Both the position numbers and the translations under genes were made by a program. From Clostridia bacterium (GTDB lineage: Bacteria > Bacillota > Clostridia > Oscillospirales > CAG-272): a stretch of DNA of 64,000 nt. The stretch covers positions 19,367 through 83,366 of the forward strand of contig JAFTMJ010000002.1 in assembly GCA_017452475.1 (NCBI GenBank), written 5' to 3'. Below the pieces are notes generated by a model. The model searched no databases, was not told where the DNA came from, and worked only from the letters and a program-made list of their open reading frames with translations. Below, one piece after another: positions 1-9,145 of the stretch (position 1 is its first letter; every line of letters starts with the position of its first letter).

Positions 1-250
1 CCTGTTGCTTTTTCTTAGCTTCCTTCTCTCTCTTATCACGGTCATAGCGATACTTGCCATAATCCATAATACGGCACACGGGCGGTGTTGCGGAAGGAGC
101 AATGAGAACAAGGTCAAGTCCCAAAGAATAAGCCTTTTCCAAAGCTACATCAGAGGACATAACGCCAAGCTGCTCGCCACTGTCGGTTACAACTCTAACC
201 TCTTTTAGTCTAATATCTTCGTTAATAGACATTTCTTTTGCGTTGCTAAT
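1..250 (-). CDS. infC: Translation initiation factor IF-3, 5' part (gene continues past the window start); predicted ATT start codon
   Basis: Not in the ORF track because it runs off the edge. Minus-strand translation reads (ATT)[82 protein letters not shown]. This carries IF-3 N-domain hallmarks ([17 protein letters not shown]). GGAGGTG (264..258) lies 7 nt upstream of ATT 250..248, while the first in-frame ATG (232) has no SD. Confidence 0.85.
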   Translation of the reverse strand, partial: MSNAKEMSINEDIRLKEVRVVTDSGEQLGVMSSDVALEKAYSLGLDLVLIAPSATPPVCRIMDYGKYRYDRDKREKEAKKKQQ

Positions 251-427
251 AAGTAAGCACCTCCAATTAATCCAAAAGCATTGAATTATCACAAAAAATA
301 AAAATTGTGCGAAAGACATAAAAGTCTCCGCACAATAACAAAATTATCTCAAAGATAGTAAGTTATTAACCACAAATGCCCCTGCATTTAGGTGAGAACG
401 GAGAGTTCTACTTCTTTTTGCCTTGAC
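251..427 (-). ncRNA. infC 5' leader, candidate L20-type ribosomal-protein leader/attenuator
   Basis: About 170 nt lie between the predicted promoter and the infC SD. An intrinsic terminator (293..334) sits just upstream of the SD, as in the L20-responsive infC-rpmI-rplT leader of Firmicutes. Not verified with a covariance model. Confidence 0.45.
293..334 (-). terminator. Intrinsic terminator/attenuator inside the infC leader
   Basis: Minus strand reads TGTGCGGAGAC-TTTTAT-GTCTTTCGCACA followed by ATTTTTATTTTTT. The stem includes one G-U pair. Confidence 0.7.
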
Positions 428-456
428 ATTTTAACACATAAATCACGCTTTGTCAA
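428..456 (-). promoter_or_regulatory. Sigma-A-type promoter for infC
   Basis: Minus strand has TTGACA (456..451), a 17-nt spacer, then TAAAAT (433..428) preceded by TGT (extended -10). Confidence 0.6.
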
Positions 457-489
457 TAGTAATTTTCAAAAAATTTCAAAAATTCTTTC

Positions 490-520
490 AGGCACCGCCA
501 AAGAAATAATGACGGTGCCT
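490..520 (-). terminator. Possible terminator after the GH3 gene
   Basis: 8-bp GC-rich stem AGGCACCG/CGGTGCCT with a 15-nt loop, 8 nt past the stop. The T-run is not adjacent to the stem, so this is weak. Confidence 0.3.
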
Positions 521-527
521 AAAAAGA

Positions 528-2894
528 CTATTTTTTAATCACATAGTTGGTTTTTAAAATGTGTTTAATCAGGCGGGTAGCGCAAAGCTGTGCCTCTTCC
601 TTTTTAACCTTTCCGCTTTCCAAGCCCTCGATTATGTTCTTTCTAAATCTGCCCGGCATAATCAAGTCGTTGCAAGCGTGGACATGCTCACAAGGATCGG
701 GACATGGATTCCAGTCGGTCATTACAATACCATCATAATCCCATTCGCCCCTTAAAATTCCCATCAAAAGGTCATAGTTTGTAGAAGCAAAGGTGCCGTT
801 AATTTTGTTGTAAGCAGTCATAATTGCGTGTGGGTGACCCTCCTCAACTGCAATCTTAAAGCCCTTAAGATAGATTTCTCTTAATGCTCTTTCGCTTGCC
901 TGTGAGTCAGAAACACCGCGCTCGTACTCAATATTGTTACAAGCAAAGTGCTTAACTGTTGTATATCTGCCTGTGGGCTCGGCATCCTCATTATACTGAA
1001 CACCGATTGTGATATAAGCGCCTATTTTACCTGAAATTATCGGATCCTCGGAAAGATATTCAAAGTTTCTTCCGTTCAATGGGTTTCTGTGAATATTGAT
1101 GCCCGGAGCAAGCCAGCCTTCAATATCACTAAGCTCCAAGTCGGCGCATACGCACTCACCAAAGCGCCTTGCAGCCTCCAAATCCCAGGAGTTTGCCAAG
1201 CAAGTGCCGGACGGATATGCAACAACAGCTCTTGAAAGCACCGTATCTGTTTCGATAGGTGTAGTAAATATAGCAAGACGAACACCTGCAGGACCGTCAG
1301 CACAAGCATTTACAGGAATAGCATATTTCTCGCTTGACCACATTTCACCTGCGGCACCGCGCACCTTGATTGCCATACTACCAACATTTGCGTTGGCATT
1401 TGAGCCCTCGTAAATAACGCCGTTTAGTATGTCGGCAAGCTCCTCATTTGAGAACTGCGCAACGACATCCTCTGCGGTGGCTTTTCCGCTTGCCACATCC
1501 TCAAGAGTGTAAAAATTATTGTCCTTTGGTGTAAGAAGCTTTGGAGGGTTGTTCTCTATTAAGCTATGTACGGTTGTTTCAACAGAATCACAATCAAACT
1601 CAAGCACCTTGGCATTTTGCTTTTCGTTGCCTTCATTATCGTATGAATATGGGGTTGCGCCCTTATTTGATATAAGCTTAAGCTCATTTTGGGGAGTCAA
1701 TCTGTTAGTAACCACATCGCAAACAACCTCTTTTGCAAGGTTAATTGCACAAGCTATGCTTGTATTTCTTGAGGAATTACCAACCCTTACATAATACCTG
1801 CCCGCTTCAAGGATAAAGCTTGACCTTTCCTCATCGTATGATGCCATTTCCGTCATATCAAAGGACAGCAAAAGCTCACAGCCTTCATTTGGCGCAAGAA
1901 CATCGGTTTTTGCATATGTGCAAAGCTCCTGATATGGCTTTTCCAGCTTTACCTCAGGTGCTGATAAATAGCACTGAATAACCTCTCTGCCGCTGAATTT
2001 ACCAATATTCTTTACTTTTACGGTAATATCTACAATTTGACCGTCGAGAGAAACTTCTGCAACCTCGCTTGAAAAATCCGTGTAAGACAAGCCGTAGCCA
2101 AATGGGTATCTTGGCTCAACACCAAATGTGTCAAAGTATCTATATCCTACATAAATACCCTCATTATAAGGAACCTCTTTTGTAGTAATTCCTTCTTTTG
2201 TTGGATAGTCCTCATACTTATATGCCCAAGTTGTAGTAAGCTTACCGCTTGGGGAAACCTTGCCACTAAGGATATCGGCAACGGCGTATCCAAACATCTC
2301 ACCGCCCAAGGAAACATCAACAATCGCATCTATCTTACAATCATCTATTGCTCTTAAGTCAAGTGGTCCGCAGGTGTTAAGTAACAAGATTGTTTGCTCA
2401 AAGCTTTCGGAAACATTTTTTACAAGCTCAACCTCTGTACTGTGGAGTTTAAAATATCCCTCTTCATCCTTTAAGTCAAAGGCTTCTCCGCTATTTCTTC
2501 CTAATGTAATTACCGCAACATCAGACTTTTTAGATGATGCCTTAATCAAGGATAAATCAACATTAATTTCATCCTGTCTCCAGGTCCACTCATCCCAGCT
2601 TCTGTTCATTAGCCTTTGGTCGGGCAGTGCGTTAACATACTCTTGGCAAACAGCCTCTATCTCGTTGTTTAGCTTGTAGCCTGCTTTCTTTAGGCAATCA
2701 TTAATTTGTGAAATTGTTTGTGCCATCATATCACCGGAGCCCCAACCAAGTCTAAAGCACCTGTATGAGGATATACCGAACAACGCAATCTCCTTATTCA
2801 AATCAATCGGTAATGCATTGTTTTCGTTTTTAAGCAGCACCATACCGTTAGCAGCGGCACCGCGCGCAAATTCTAATTTTTCCTGTCTTGTCAT
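528..2894 (-). CDS. Glycoside hydrolase family 3 beta-glucosidase, domain-permuted
   Basis: 788 aa. The N-terminal half resembles the GH3 alpha/beta-sandwich domain (MVLLKNENNALP, FGYGLSYTDF), followed by an Fn3-like segment. The C-terminal third resembles the GH3 TIM-barrel domain (KHFACNN, ERALREIYLKGF, GIVMTDW holding the nucleophile Asp). Confidence 0.85.
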   Translation of the reverse strand: MTRQEKLEFARGAAANGMVLLKNENNALPIDLNKEIALFGISSYRCFRLGWGSGDMMAQTISQINDCLKKAGYKLNNEIEAVCQEYVNALPDQRLMNRSWDEWTWRQDEINVDLSLIKASSKKSDVAVITLGRNSGEAFDLKDEEGYFKLHSTEVELVKNVSESFEQTILLLNTCGPLDLRAIDDCKIDAIVDVSLGGEMFGYAVADILSGKVSPSGKLTTTWAYKYEDYPTKEGITTKEVPYNEGIYVGYRYFDTFGVEPRYPFGYGLSYTDFSSEVAEVSLDGQIVDITVKVKNIGKFSGREVIQCYLSAPEVKLEKPYQELCTYAKTDVLAPNEGCELLLSFDMTEMASYDEERSSFILEAGRYYVRVGNSSRNTSIACAINLAKEVVCDVVTNRLTPQNELKLISNKGATPYSYDNEGNEKQNAKVLEFDCDSVETTVHSLIENNPPKLLTPKDNNFYTLEDVASGKATAEDVVAQFSNEELADILNGVIYEGSNANANVGSMAIKVRGAAGEMWSSEKYAIPVNACADGPAGVRLAIFTTPIETDTVLSRAVVAYPSGTCLANSWDLEAARRFGECVCADLELSDIEGWLAPGINIHRNPLNGRNFEYLSEDPIISGKIGAYITIGVQYNEDAEPTGRYTTVKHFACNNIEYERGVSDSQASERALREIYLKGFKIAVEEGHPHAIMTAYNKINGTFASTNYDLLMGILRGEWDYDGIVMTDWNPCPDPCEHVHACNDLIMPGRFRKNIIEGLESGKVKKEEAQLCATRLIKHILKTNYVIKK

Positions 2895-2902
2895 AAAAAC
2901 TC

Positions 2903-4591
2903 CTAATTCTTTATTTCTTGCTTTTTAAAAGGTATGAATGTAGCTGCGGCAAATACAACTATCCAGAATACTAAGTTTGCAATTCCTGCCCAAACGCTTA
3001 AATCTTCTGACAATGCAAAGTATGCCACATTGGTAATATCACTAATTTGTCCAATATAATACGTGGAAAGCATATACTCAAGCTTACTGCTTGCAAACAT
3101 CTCCAAATCATAATATACAAACGGTGTGAACTTAGGACCTGTACTGCTTATTAGCATAATCAAAATTGCTCCAATTGCGGACATAACCAGATCTGCAATT
3201 ATACCAACTACTATCGAAAGCGCGCCCTTCTTGCTAAGTGATGCTAACATAAACGTTAGTGTTACTATGAAGGCAACCCTAATATTTGCAAGAATAACAA
3301 CGGCTAATGTGTTAAATATCTGCGGTATTTCTGAAACTATTCCGTTTTCAACCGTTAGCATCGGTGCAAACAAATCGCCCACACCGTTTGTTATCATAAC
3401 GGCAATAAAGGTGATTAATAGGTTCACAATATTCAAAGCAACTGCAAAAAATGCAACGGTTGCATATTTCGAAAGCAGTATCTTATTTCTGCTGTGTGGT
3501 CGCACAAACAAAAGCCTTGATGTTCCGCTTGAAAACTCATTTGAAACTATCAGCGCCGCAAGCACAATCAAAAAATACATAATAAACTGTATATTTGATG
3601 TTAAAATTGAAATAAACTGTCCCTTAGAGGACGAAGACTGAGCGGATTGAGTAGGTATATCATTTTTTACAGAGTATTCCAAGGCATAAACCGCATCAAC
3701 CTTGTCATTTATATCCTGCTTCCACTCCTCGATATACTCCTCATATGTATCTGTAGGGCGGAGAAAAGAAAAAGTAGAGTCGAACTCAGTTTCCGACATC
3801 GGAGGTTTAACCCCAACCAAATCGGATGTTATTTGGTATGAAATCATGGCTGAGTTATACTCCCAACCGTTATATTCGAGCTTTCTTTCAATTAATTCCT
3901 CAAAAATATTCAAGGAAAGCTTTCCTGCCTCTAATGTTTTTTCATAAATAAGAATTTCGTATTCATATTCATTTTTCAAAAGATTGCTTGCCTTATACTG
4001 ACCCAACGCAACCTCAATTTCCTTGATATTATTGGACAAGGTTTTTGAAATCTGCTTGTAGTAATCGGTAACCTGAGAAGACTCAAAAAGCTTTTCATAC
4101 TCTAACCTTTCTTTATGATACCTATTGTATAAAAGGCTATAATCAAGCTCTTCCTCATCAAGCATAGGTAAATAGTAACCAAAGCTTGTTTTTCTCAAAT
4201 CATCAAACGAGACAATATTCTCCTTAAGCAGTTCAAATGCCTTTTCAGCCATACACAAGGCCTCATAATCTTGATACATGGTATTATACTGCCACGAGGA
4301 ATAGCTTAAATCGTGCTTTTCAAGCTGCTTTAAGCATTCTATTCTAACAGATATATACGCTTTGTCAAATTCATCATCCTGTGATTCCAAGTTTTTTTCA
4401 AGATCGTAAATATCATCTTCAACATCACCGTCAAATATCACCTCAAAGCCATCAGCAAAGGAGCCAAGAGCAAACTGAAGGATTGGAAGGATAACGAATG
4501 AGACGGCAAGAATTATCAAAAGCACCTTATACGATGTTTGGGCAAAAGCCTTGATTATTTCATTCTTTACTAATTTTGCAAAGCTCTTCAT
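2903..4591 (-). CDS. ABC-2-type transporter permease with a large extracytoplasmic domain
   Basis: 562 aa with an N-terminal TM, a roughly 270-aa soluble insert and a C-terminal cluster of hydrophobic helices. It overlaps the upstream ATPase gene by 4 nt. Confidence 0.7.
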   Translation of the reverse strand: MKSFAKLVKNEIIKAFAQTSYKVLLIILAVSFVILPILQFALGSFADGFEVIFDGDVEDDIYDLEKNLESQDDEFDKAYISVRIECLKQLEKHDLSYSSWQYNTMYQDYEALCMAEKAFELLKENIVSFDDLRKTSFGYYLPMLDEEELDYSLLYNRYHKERLEYEKLFESSQVTDYYKQISKTLSNNIKEIEVALGQYKASNLLKNEYEYEILIYEKTLEAGKLSLNIFEELIERKLEYNGWEYNSAMISYQITSDLVGVKPPMSETEFDSTFSFLRPTDTYEEYIEEWKQDINDKVDAVYALEYSVKNDIPTQSAQSSSSKGQFISILTSNIQFIMYFLIVLAALIVSNEFSSGTSRLLFVRPHSRNKILLSKYATVAFFAVALNIVNLLITFIAVMITNGVGDLFAPMLTVENGIVSEIPQIFNTLAVVILANIRVAFIVTLTFMLASLSKKGALSIVVGIIADLVMSAIGAILIMLISSTGPKFTPFVYYDLEMFASSKLEYMLSTYYIGQISDITNVAYFALSEDLSVWAGIANLVFWIVVFAAATFIPFKKQEIKN

Positions 4592-5562
4592 ATCTTACTG
4601 CCTCCCGACTCATTTACCATCTCAATAAATGCATCCTCAAGGGTTCGCTCAATTGGAGCAAAGGAATTAAAATGAACATCACGCTTAACAAGCTCAAATA
4701 TTATTTCGTCTTTGTTATCGCCAATAGATATTTCAAAAGCGCCCTCAAACGTTAAGCGATAAGGAATTTCCTTTTCTTTAAAGAAGGCTTCAGCCGTCTG
4801 GCAATTGTCAACAGATATTTTATAATTATATCCTTGCTTGTCTCCGTCAACTTCTCCGTTTCTTATTTCTTCAATTGTTTTAATGCCGATTACCTTTCCG
4901 GAGTTTATAACCGCGACCCTGTCACAAAAGGCATCAAGCTCCGCCAATAAATGGCTTGAAATCAATACAGAAACACCTTTTTCGTGCGCCAAATAAACCA
5001 AGAACTCTCTAAATTGTTTAATTCCCTCGGGGTCAAGCCCGTTTGTAGGCTCGTCAAGCACCAAAATTCTTGGCGAATGAATTATAGCCTGCGCAATGCC
5101 AAGACGCTGTCGCATACCTAAGGAGTATCTTGAAACCTTTTCATCAATACGATTTTTCAGACCAACCGACTCAATCGCCCATTCCACAGTTTCAGGCTTT
5201 ATATCATCATACATTCTGTAGCATTGCATAAGATTCTCTCTGCCGGACAGATATTTGTATAACTCCGGGTTTTCGATAATAGCCCCTACATTACGTATCG
5301 CCTTCTCAAAATTTTTACTGATATCATATCCGCAAATTTCCACACTACCACGGTCAATGCCAAGAAGCCCCAACGCAAGCTTGATAGTGGTTGTTTTTCC
5401 TGAACCGTTAGGACCCAAAAGTCCAAAAATTTCGCCTTTATAGACATCAAAGCTAACACCCTTCAATACCGTTTTGTTCCCAAAGGATTTATACAAATTT
5501 TTAACGGAAAGCACAGGGGTTTTTTCAGAAGACGAGTTTTCATTCATCAAAATGCCATCCAT
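4588..5562 (-). CDS. ABC transporter ATP-binding protein
   Basis: Walker A GPNGSGKTT, signature YSLGMRQRL and Walker B ILVLDEPTNGLD. SD GAAGGAGG lies upstream of the ATG. Confidence 0.9.
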   Translation of the reverse strand: MDGILMNENSSSEKTPVLSVKNLYKSFGNKTVLKGVSFDVYKGEIFGLLGPNGSGKTTTIKLALGLLGIDRGSVEICGYDISKNFEKAIRNVGAIIENPELYKYLSGRENLMQCYRMYDDIKPETVEWAIESVGLKNRIDEKVSRYSLGMRQRLGIAQAIIHSPRILVLDEPTNGLDPEGIKQFREFLVYLAHEKGVSVLISSHLLAELDAFCDRVAVINSGKVIGIKTIEEIRNGEVDGDKQGYNYKISVDNCQTAEAFFKEKEIPYRLTFEGAFEISIGDNKDEIIFELVKRDVHFNSFAPIERTLEDAFIEMVNESGGSKI

Positions 5563-5591
5563 AGAAAGCCTCCTTCGAATTTCTTATTATA

Positions 5592-5620
5592 ATATTAACA
5601 CAAAAAATGGAAATAGTCAA
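5592..5620 (-). promoter_or_regulatory. Sigma-A-type promoter for the ABC transporter operon
   Basis: Minus strand has TTGACT (5620..5615), a 17-nt spacer, then TAATAT (5597..5592). Confidence 0.5.
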
Positions 5621-5626
5621 TAAAAT

Positions 5627-5653
5627 AATGCGTGCAAAAGCTTTGCACGCATT
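5627..5653. terminator. Intrinsic terminator after glnS (symmetric hairpin)
   Basis: Perfect 12-bp stem AATGCGTGCAAA/TTTGCACGCATT with a 3-nt loop, flanked by A/T runs on both sides. It lies 5 nt past the glnS stop. Confidence 0.6.
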
Positions 5654-5658
5654 ATTTT

Positions 5659-7311
5659 TTATTTTTTAGGATAGCTATCCTTCAAGCCAACAATTCTATT
5701 GTAAGTGTTTGGATGCTTTGAATCCTTGCAATAGTATCCGTTTCTTACAAACTGGAACTTCTCGCCGGGTTCCACATCTGCCATACACTTCTCAACAAGA
5801 GCGTTTTCCACCTTAACCAAGGAGGTTGGGTTGAGATAGTCATTATATGTCTTATCCTCGGGAATATCGCTCAAATTCTCTGTTGTAAACAGCTTATCGT
5901 AAAGCATAAGGTCAACCTTTTCGGCATTTTGTGCGCTGAGCCAATGTATTGTGCCCTTAATCTTACGGCCGTCCACAGGGTTGCCGTTGCCAGACTCTAA
6001 GTCAGCAGTACACCTAATTTCAACTACTTCACCGTTTTCATCCTTAATTACTTCATTGCACTTAACAATGTATGCACCCATCAAGCGAACCTCACCGTCG
6101 GGCTTCATACGGAAGAACTTTGGCGGAGGAACCTCCTCAAAGTCACTTCTGTCAATATAGATTTCACGGGTGAACATAACATTTCTTGTTCCGGCATTTT
6201 CATCATTGGGATTGTTGGAAACAGGGAAATATTCAACCTTATCCTCATCATAGTTTGTGATAACAACCTTTATTGGATTGGAAACACAAATTCTTCTCTG
6301 GGCTGTCAAATTAAGCTCTTCTCTTATACAATGCTCCAAAAGCTCAATATCAACAATGCTATAAGCCTTAGCAACACCCGCGCGGCTAACAAAGTCAATA
6401 ATTGAAGCAGGGGTGTAGCCACGGCGCCTTAAGCCGCAAAGGGTAGGCATTCTTGGGTCGTCCCAGCCATCAACCATATTGTTTTCTACAAGGTATCTTA
6501 AATATCTCTTACTCATAACCGTGTAGGTTACGTTAAGTCTTGCAAACTCTCTCTGCTTGGGCTTGTTTTCAAAGCCGATGTTATCAACAACCCACTCATA
6601 AAGTGGACGGTGATTTTCAAATTCAAGGGAGCAAAGTGAGTGTGTAATACCCTCTATTGCGTCTTGAATTGGGTGTGCATAGTCATACAAGGGGTAGATA
6701 CACCACTTATCCCCCTGTCTATGGTGATGCGCCCTTAAAATTCTGTAAATTGCAGGGTCACGCATATTAATGTTAGGGGATGACATATCAATCTTAGCGC
6801 GCAAGGTCTTAGATCCATCTGGAAACTCACCGTTTTTCATTCTTTCAAACAAATCAAGGTTTTCCTCAATGCTTCTATCTCTATATGGGCTGTTTTTACC
6901 CGGCTGAGTAAGAGTGCCTCTATACTCCTTCATTTCCTCTGCGGAAAGGTCGCAAACATACGCCTTCCCCTCTTTAATAAGCTTTACAGCAAACTCGTAG
7001 CACTTATCAAAATAGTCAGAGCCGTAATAAACACCGCCTGTTGGCTCAGCGCCCAACCACTTAAGGTCCTCATATATGCTGTTTACATACTCGGTGTCCT
7101 CTTTAGAAGGGTTTGTGTCATCATATCTTAGATTGAACTCGCCACCGTACTTTTTAGCAGTTTGCGCATTAATCCAAATAGCCTTGGCGCTACCGATGTG
7201 AAGATAACCGTTTGGCTCGGGTGGAAAACGGGTATGAATTTTCCTTGAAAAACCGTTAGCTAAATCCTCATCAATAATATCATGTATAAAATTTGAACTC
7301 ATTTCTTCCAT
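5659..7311 (-). CDS. glnS: Glutamine--tRNA ligase
   Basis: 550 aa. N-terminus NFIHDIIDEDL...TRFPPEPNGYLHIGSAKA (HIGH region), a VMSKR (KMSKS-type) motif and a GlnRS-like C-terminal anticodon-binding region. Confidence 0.9.
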   Translation of the reverse strand: MEEMSSNFIHDIIDEDLANGFSRKIHTRFPPEPNGYLHIGSAKAIWINAQTAKKYGGEFNLRYDDTNPSKEDTEYVNSIYEDLKWLGAEPTGGVYYGSDYFDKCYEFAVKLIKEGKAYVCDLSAEEMKEYRGTLTQPGKNSPYRDRSIEENLDLFERMKNGEFPDGSKTLRAKIDMSSPNINMRDPAIYRILRAHHHRQGDKWCIYPLYDYAHPIQDAIEGITHSLCSLEFENHRPLYEWVVDNIGFENKPKQREFARLNVTYTVMSKRYLRYLVENNMVDGWDDPRMPTLCGLRRRGYTPASIIDFVSRAGVAKAYSIVDIELLEHCIREELNLTAQRRICVSNPIKVVITNYDEDKVEYFPVSNNPNDENAGTRNVMFTREIYIDRSDFEEVPPPKFFRMKPDGEVRLMGAYIVKCNEVIKDENGEVVEIRCTADLESGNGNPVDGRKIKGTIHWLSAQNAEKVDLMLYDKLFTTENLSDIPEDKTYNDYLNPTSLVKVENALVEKCMADVEPGEKFQFVRNGYYCKDSKHPNTYNRIVGLKDSYPKK

Positions 7312-7322
7312 AAGTTAACCTC

Positions 7323-9020
7323 TCAAAGCGATTTAATCATATCGTTAATTCTCTTTGCCACAGTCTCGTATCCCAAAATCTGCATAACACTGTACATATC
7401 GGGGGAATTGAGCTTGCCTGTAACCGCAATTCTAATAAACATGCTGATATCCGAAACATTACCCTTGTATGCTTCGGGGTTTTGCTTGTATGCCTTCATA
7501 TCCGAGGCATATCCAAGCATATCGGCAATATCCTTAATCTTGTCAAACCAAGCATTAGAGTCATCAGCCATGTCGAAGGTTTTTAAAAACTCCTCAAGAG
7601 TAAGCTTAATATCAGCCTTGCTGAATTTTTCATCATAAGCATCGGTTACTGCAAACAGCTTATCATAGAACAGGCTAATATATCCCCTAACATCGCCCCA
7701 AAGAGCAATATCCTTTCTTGGCTTCTTGCCGCCTCTACCGATGGCAAAAATTGACTTAGTATATTCGGGGTTGGCGGACATTTGCTCGTAAAGCTCAGGG
7801 TCGAAATCCTTTGCCCACTGACTTGAAAGCTCGTACACCTTCTCTTTTGTCATTCTTGAAATTACATTCTTTGAAACATCGTTTAGCTTTGCAAAATCAA
7901 AAAGGCAGCCTGAGGTTGACATTTTCTTAATATTGAACGGGAATCTTGTGTATGGCAAATCGGGATTTTGCATATGCCACTCCTCATAGTTAGAGTTAAG
8001 GAGAGTCATAACATATTCGCAAACCGCCTCGGGGCAATATCCCATAGATGTATAGTCGTCCATATTTGCGCCCATATCACGCTTTGAAAGCTTTTTCTTG
8101 TTTCCGTTTTCATCAATACGCATAATTTGAGCTATATGCATATACTTTGGAAGCTTGAAGCCTAAGAATTGGAAAAGCTGAATGTGCTTTGCCAAGCTTG
8201 GGAGCCACTCCTCACCGCGGATAACATGGGTTGTGCCCATCAAATGGTCATCAACTGCGTGTGCAAAGTGGTATGTTGGAATACCGTCAGACTTAAGGAG
8301 AACAAAATCCTCATCATTTTCGGGTATCTCAAGTGTGCCCTTTACAAGGTCGGTAAATTTAATTTTCTTTTCGGGATCACCATTTGCAAGAATTCTTAAA
8401 ACAAATGGATGTCCTGCTTTTAGATGCTCCTCAACCTCTTCAATTGTGAAATTGCGTCTTGCAAGCATCTCAGCGCGCTTGGCCTCAGCCTCTGCAAGCC
8501 AGTCGGTATTTTTAATTTCTTCCTTCTTGTTTACTGCGTGAAGCTCATCAAGCTCCTCCTCGGTAGTAAAGCAAGGGTACGCCTTTCCTTCTCTTACAAG
8601 CTGCTTTGCATAAACTTGATAAATAGGACCGCGAAGGCTCTGCTTATACGGACCGTAATTTCCACAATCGGAAATTTTGCCATCCTCATCAAGAATAGCT
8701 CCTTCATCAAAATTAATACCGTATTTGGCAAGAGTTTTAATTAGTCCCTCTGCTGCACCCTCAACCTCACGCTTTGCATCCGTATCCTCAATACGAAGAT
8801 AAAAGACGCCGCCTGATTGGTGCGCAAGCCTTTCTCCGACTGTAGAAGGAAATAGACCGCCAAAGTGAACAAAGCCTGTTGGGCTTGGTGCAAACCTTGT
8901 AACCTTTGCTCCTTCAGGAAGCTGTCGGGGTGGATATTTAGCCTCAACATCGTGAGGAAGCTCAGTTATTTGAGGAAAAAGTAACTCAGCAAGATAATTA
9001 TAATCCATATTACACCTCAT
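7323..9020 (-). CDS. gltX: Glutamate--tRNA ligase (long form); the true start is probably ATG at 9008
   Basis: RFAPSPTGFVHFGG (HIGH-type region), KLSKRD (KMSKS-type) and IEDTD. AGGTG lies just upstream of the ATG at 9008 (MDYNYL...), and the track start at 9020 overlaps that SD. Confidence 0.85.
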   Translation of the reverse strand: MRCNMDYNYLAELLFPQITELPHDVEAKYPPRQLPEGAKVTRFAPSPTGFVHFGGLFPSTVGERLAHQSGGVFYLRIEDTDAKREVEGAAEGLIKTLAKYGINFDEGAILDEDGKISDCGNYGPYKQSLRGPIYQVYAKQLVREGKAYPCFTTEEELDELHAVNKKEEIKNTDWLAEAEAKRAEMLARRNFTIEEVEEHLKAGHPFVLRILANGDPEKKIKFTDLVKGTLEIPENDEDFVLLKSDGIPTYHFAHAVDDHLMGTTHVIRGEEWLPSLAKHIQLFQFLGFKLPKYMHIAQIMRIDENGNKKKLSKRDMGANMDDYTSMGYCPEAVCEYVMTLLNSNYEEWHMQNPDLPYTRFPFNIKKMSTSGCLFDFAKLNDVSKNVISRMTKEKVYELSSQWAKDFDPELYEQMSANPEYTKSIFAIGRGGKKPRKDIALWGDVRGYISLFYDKLFAVTDAYDEKFSKADIKLTLEEFLKTFDMADDSNAWFDKIKDIADMLGYASDMKAYKQNPEAYKGNVSDISMFIRIAVTGKLNSPDMYSVMQILGYETVAKRINDMIKSL

Positions 9021-9099
9021 AAAGTTTAATATCTAAAATATTATAACACGCAATTTTCAAATTGTCTATATTTTTTTAATTATTTTTATTAACAAGACA

Positions 9100-9142
9100 A
9101 AAAATCGGCATCAAACCCAAAAATTTGGATATGATACCGATA
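9100..9142 (-). terminator. Intrinsic terminator after the GH13 gene
   Basis: Minus strand reads ATCGGTATCA...TGATGCCGAT followed by TTTTTT. Confidence 0.65.
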
Positions 9143-9145
9143 ATT

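Noticed and set aside
5-208. 67-aa plus-strand ORF at the left edge
   Set aside because: It is antisense to a clear IF-3 (infC) coding sequence and has no SD or recognisable motifs.
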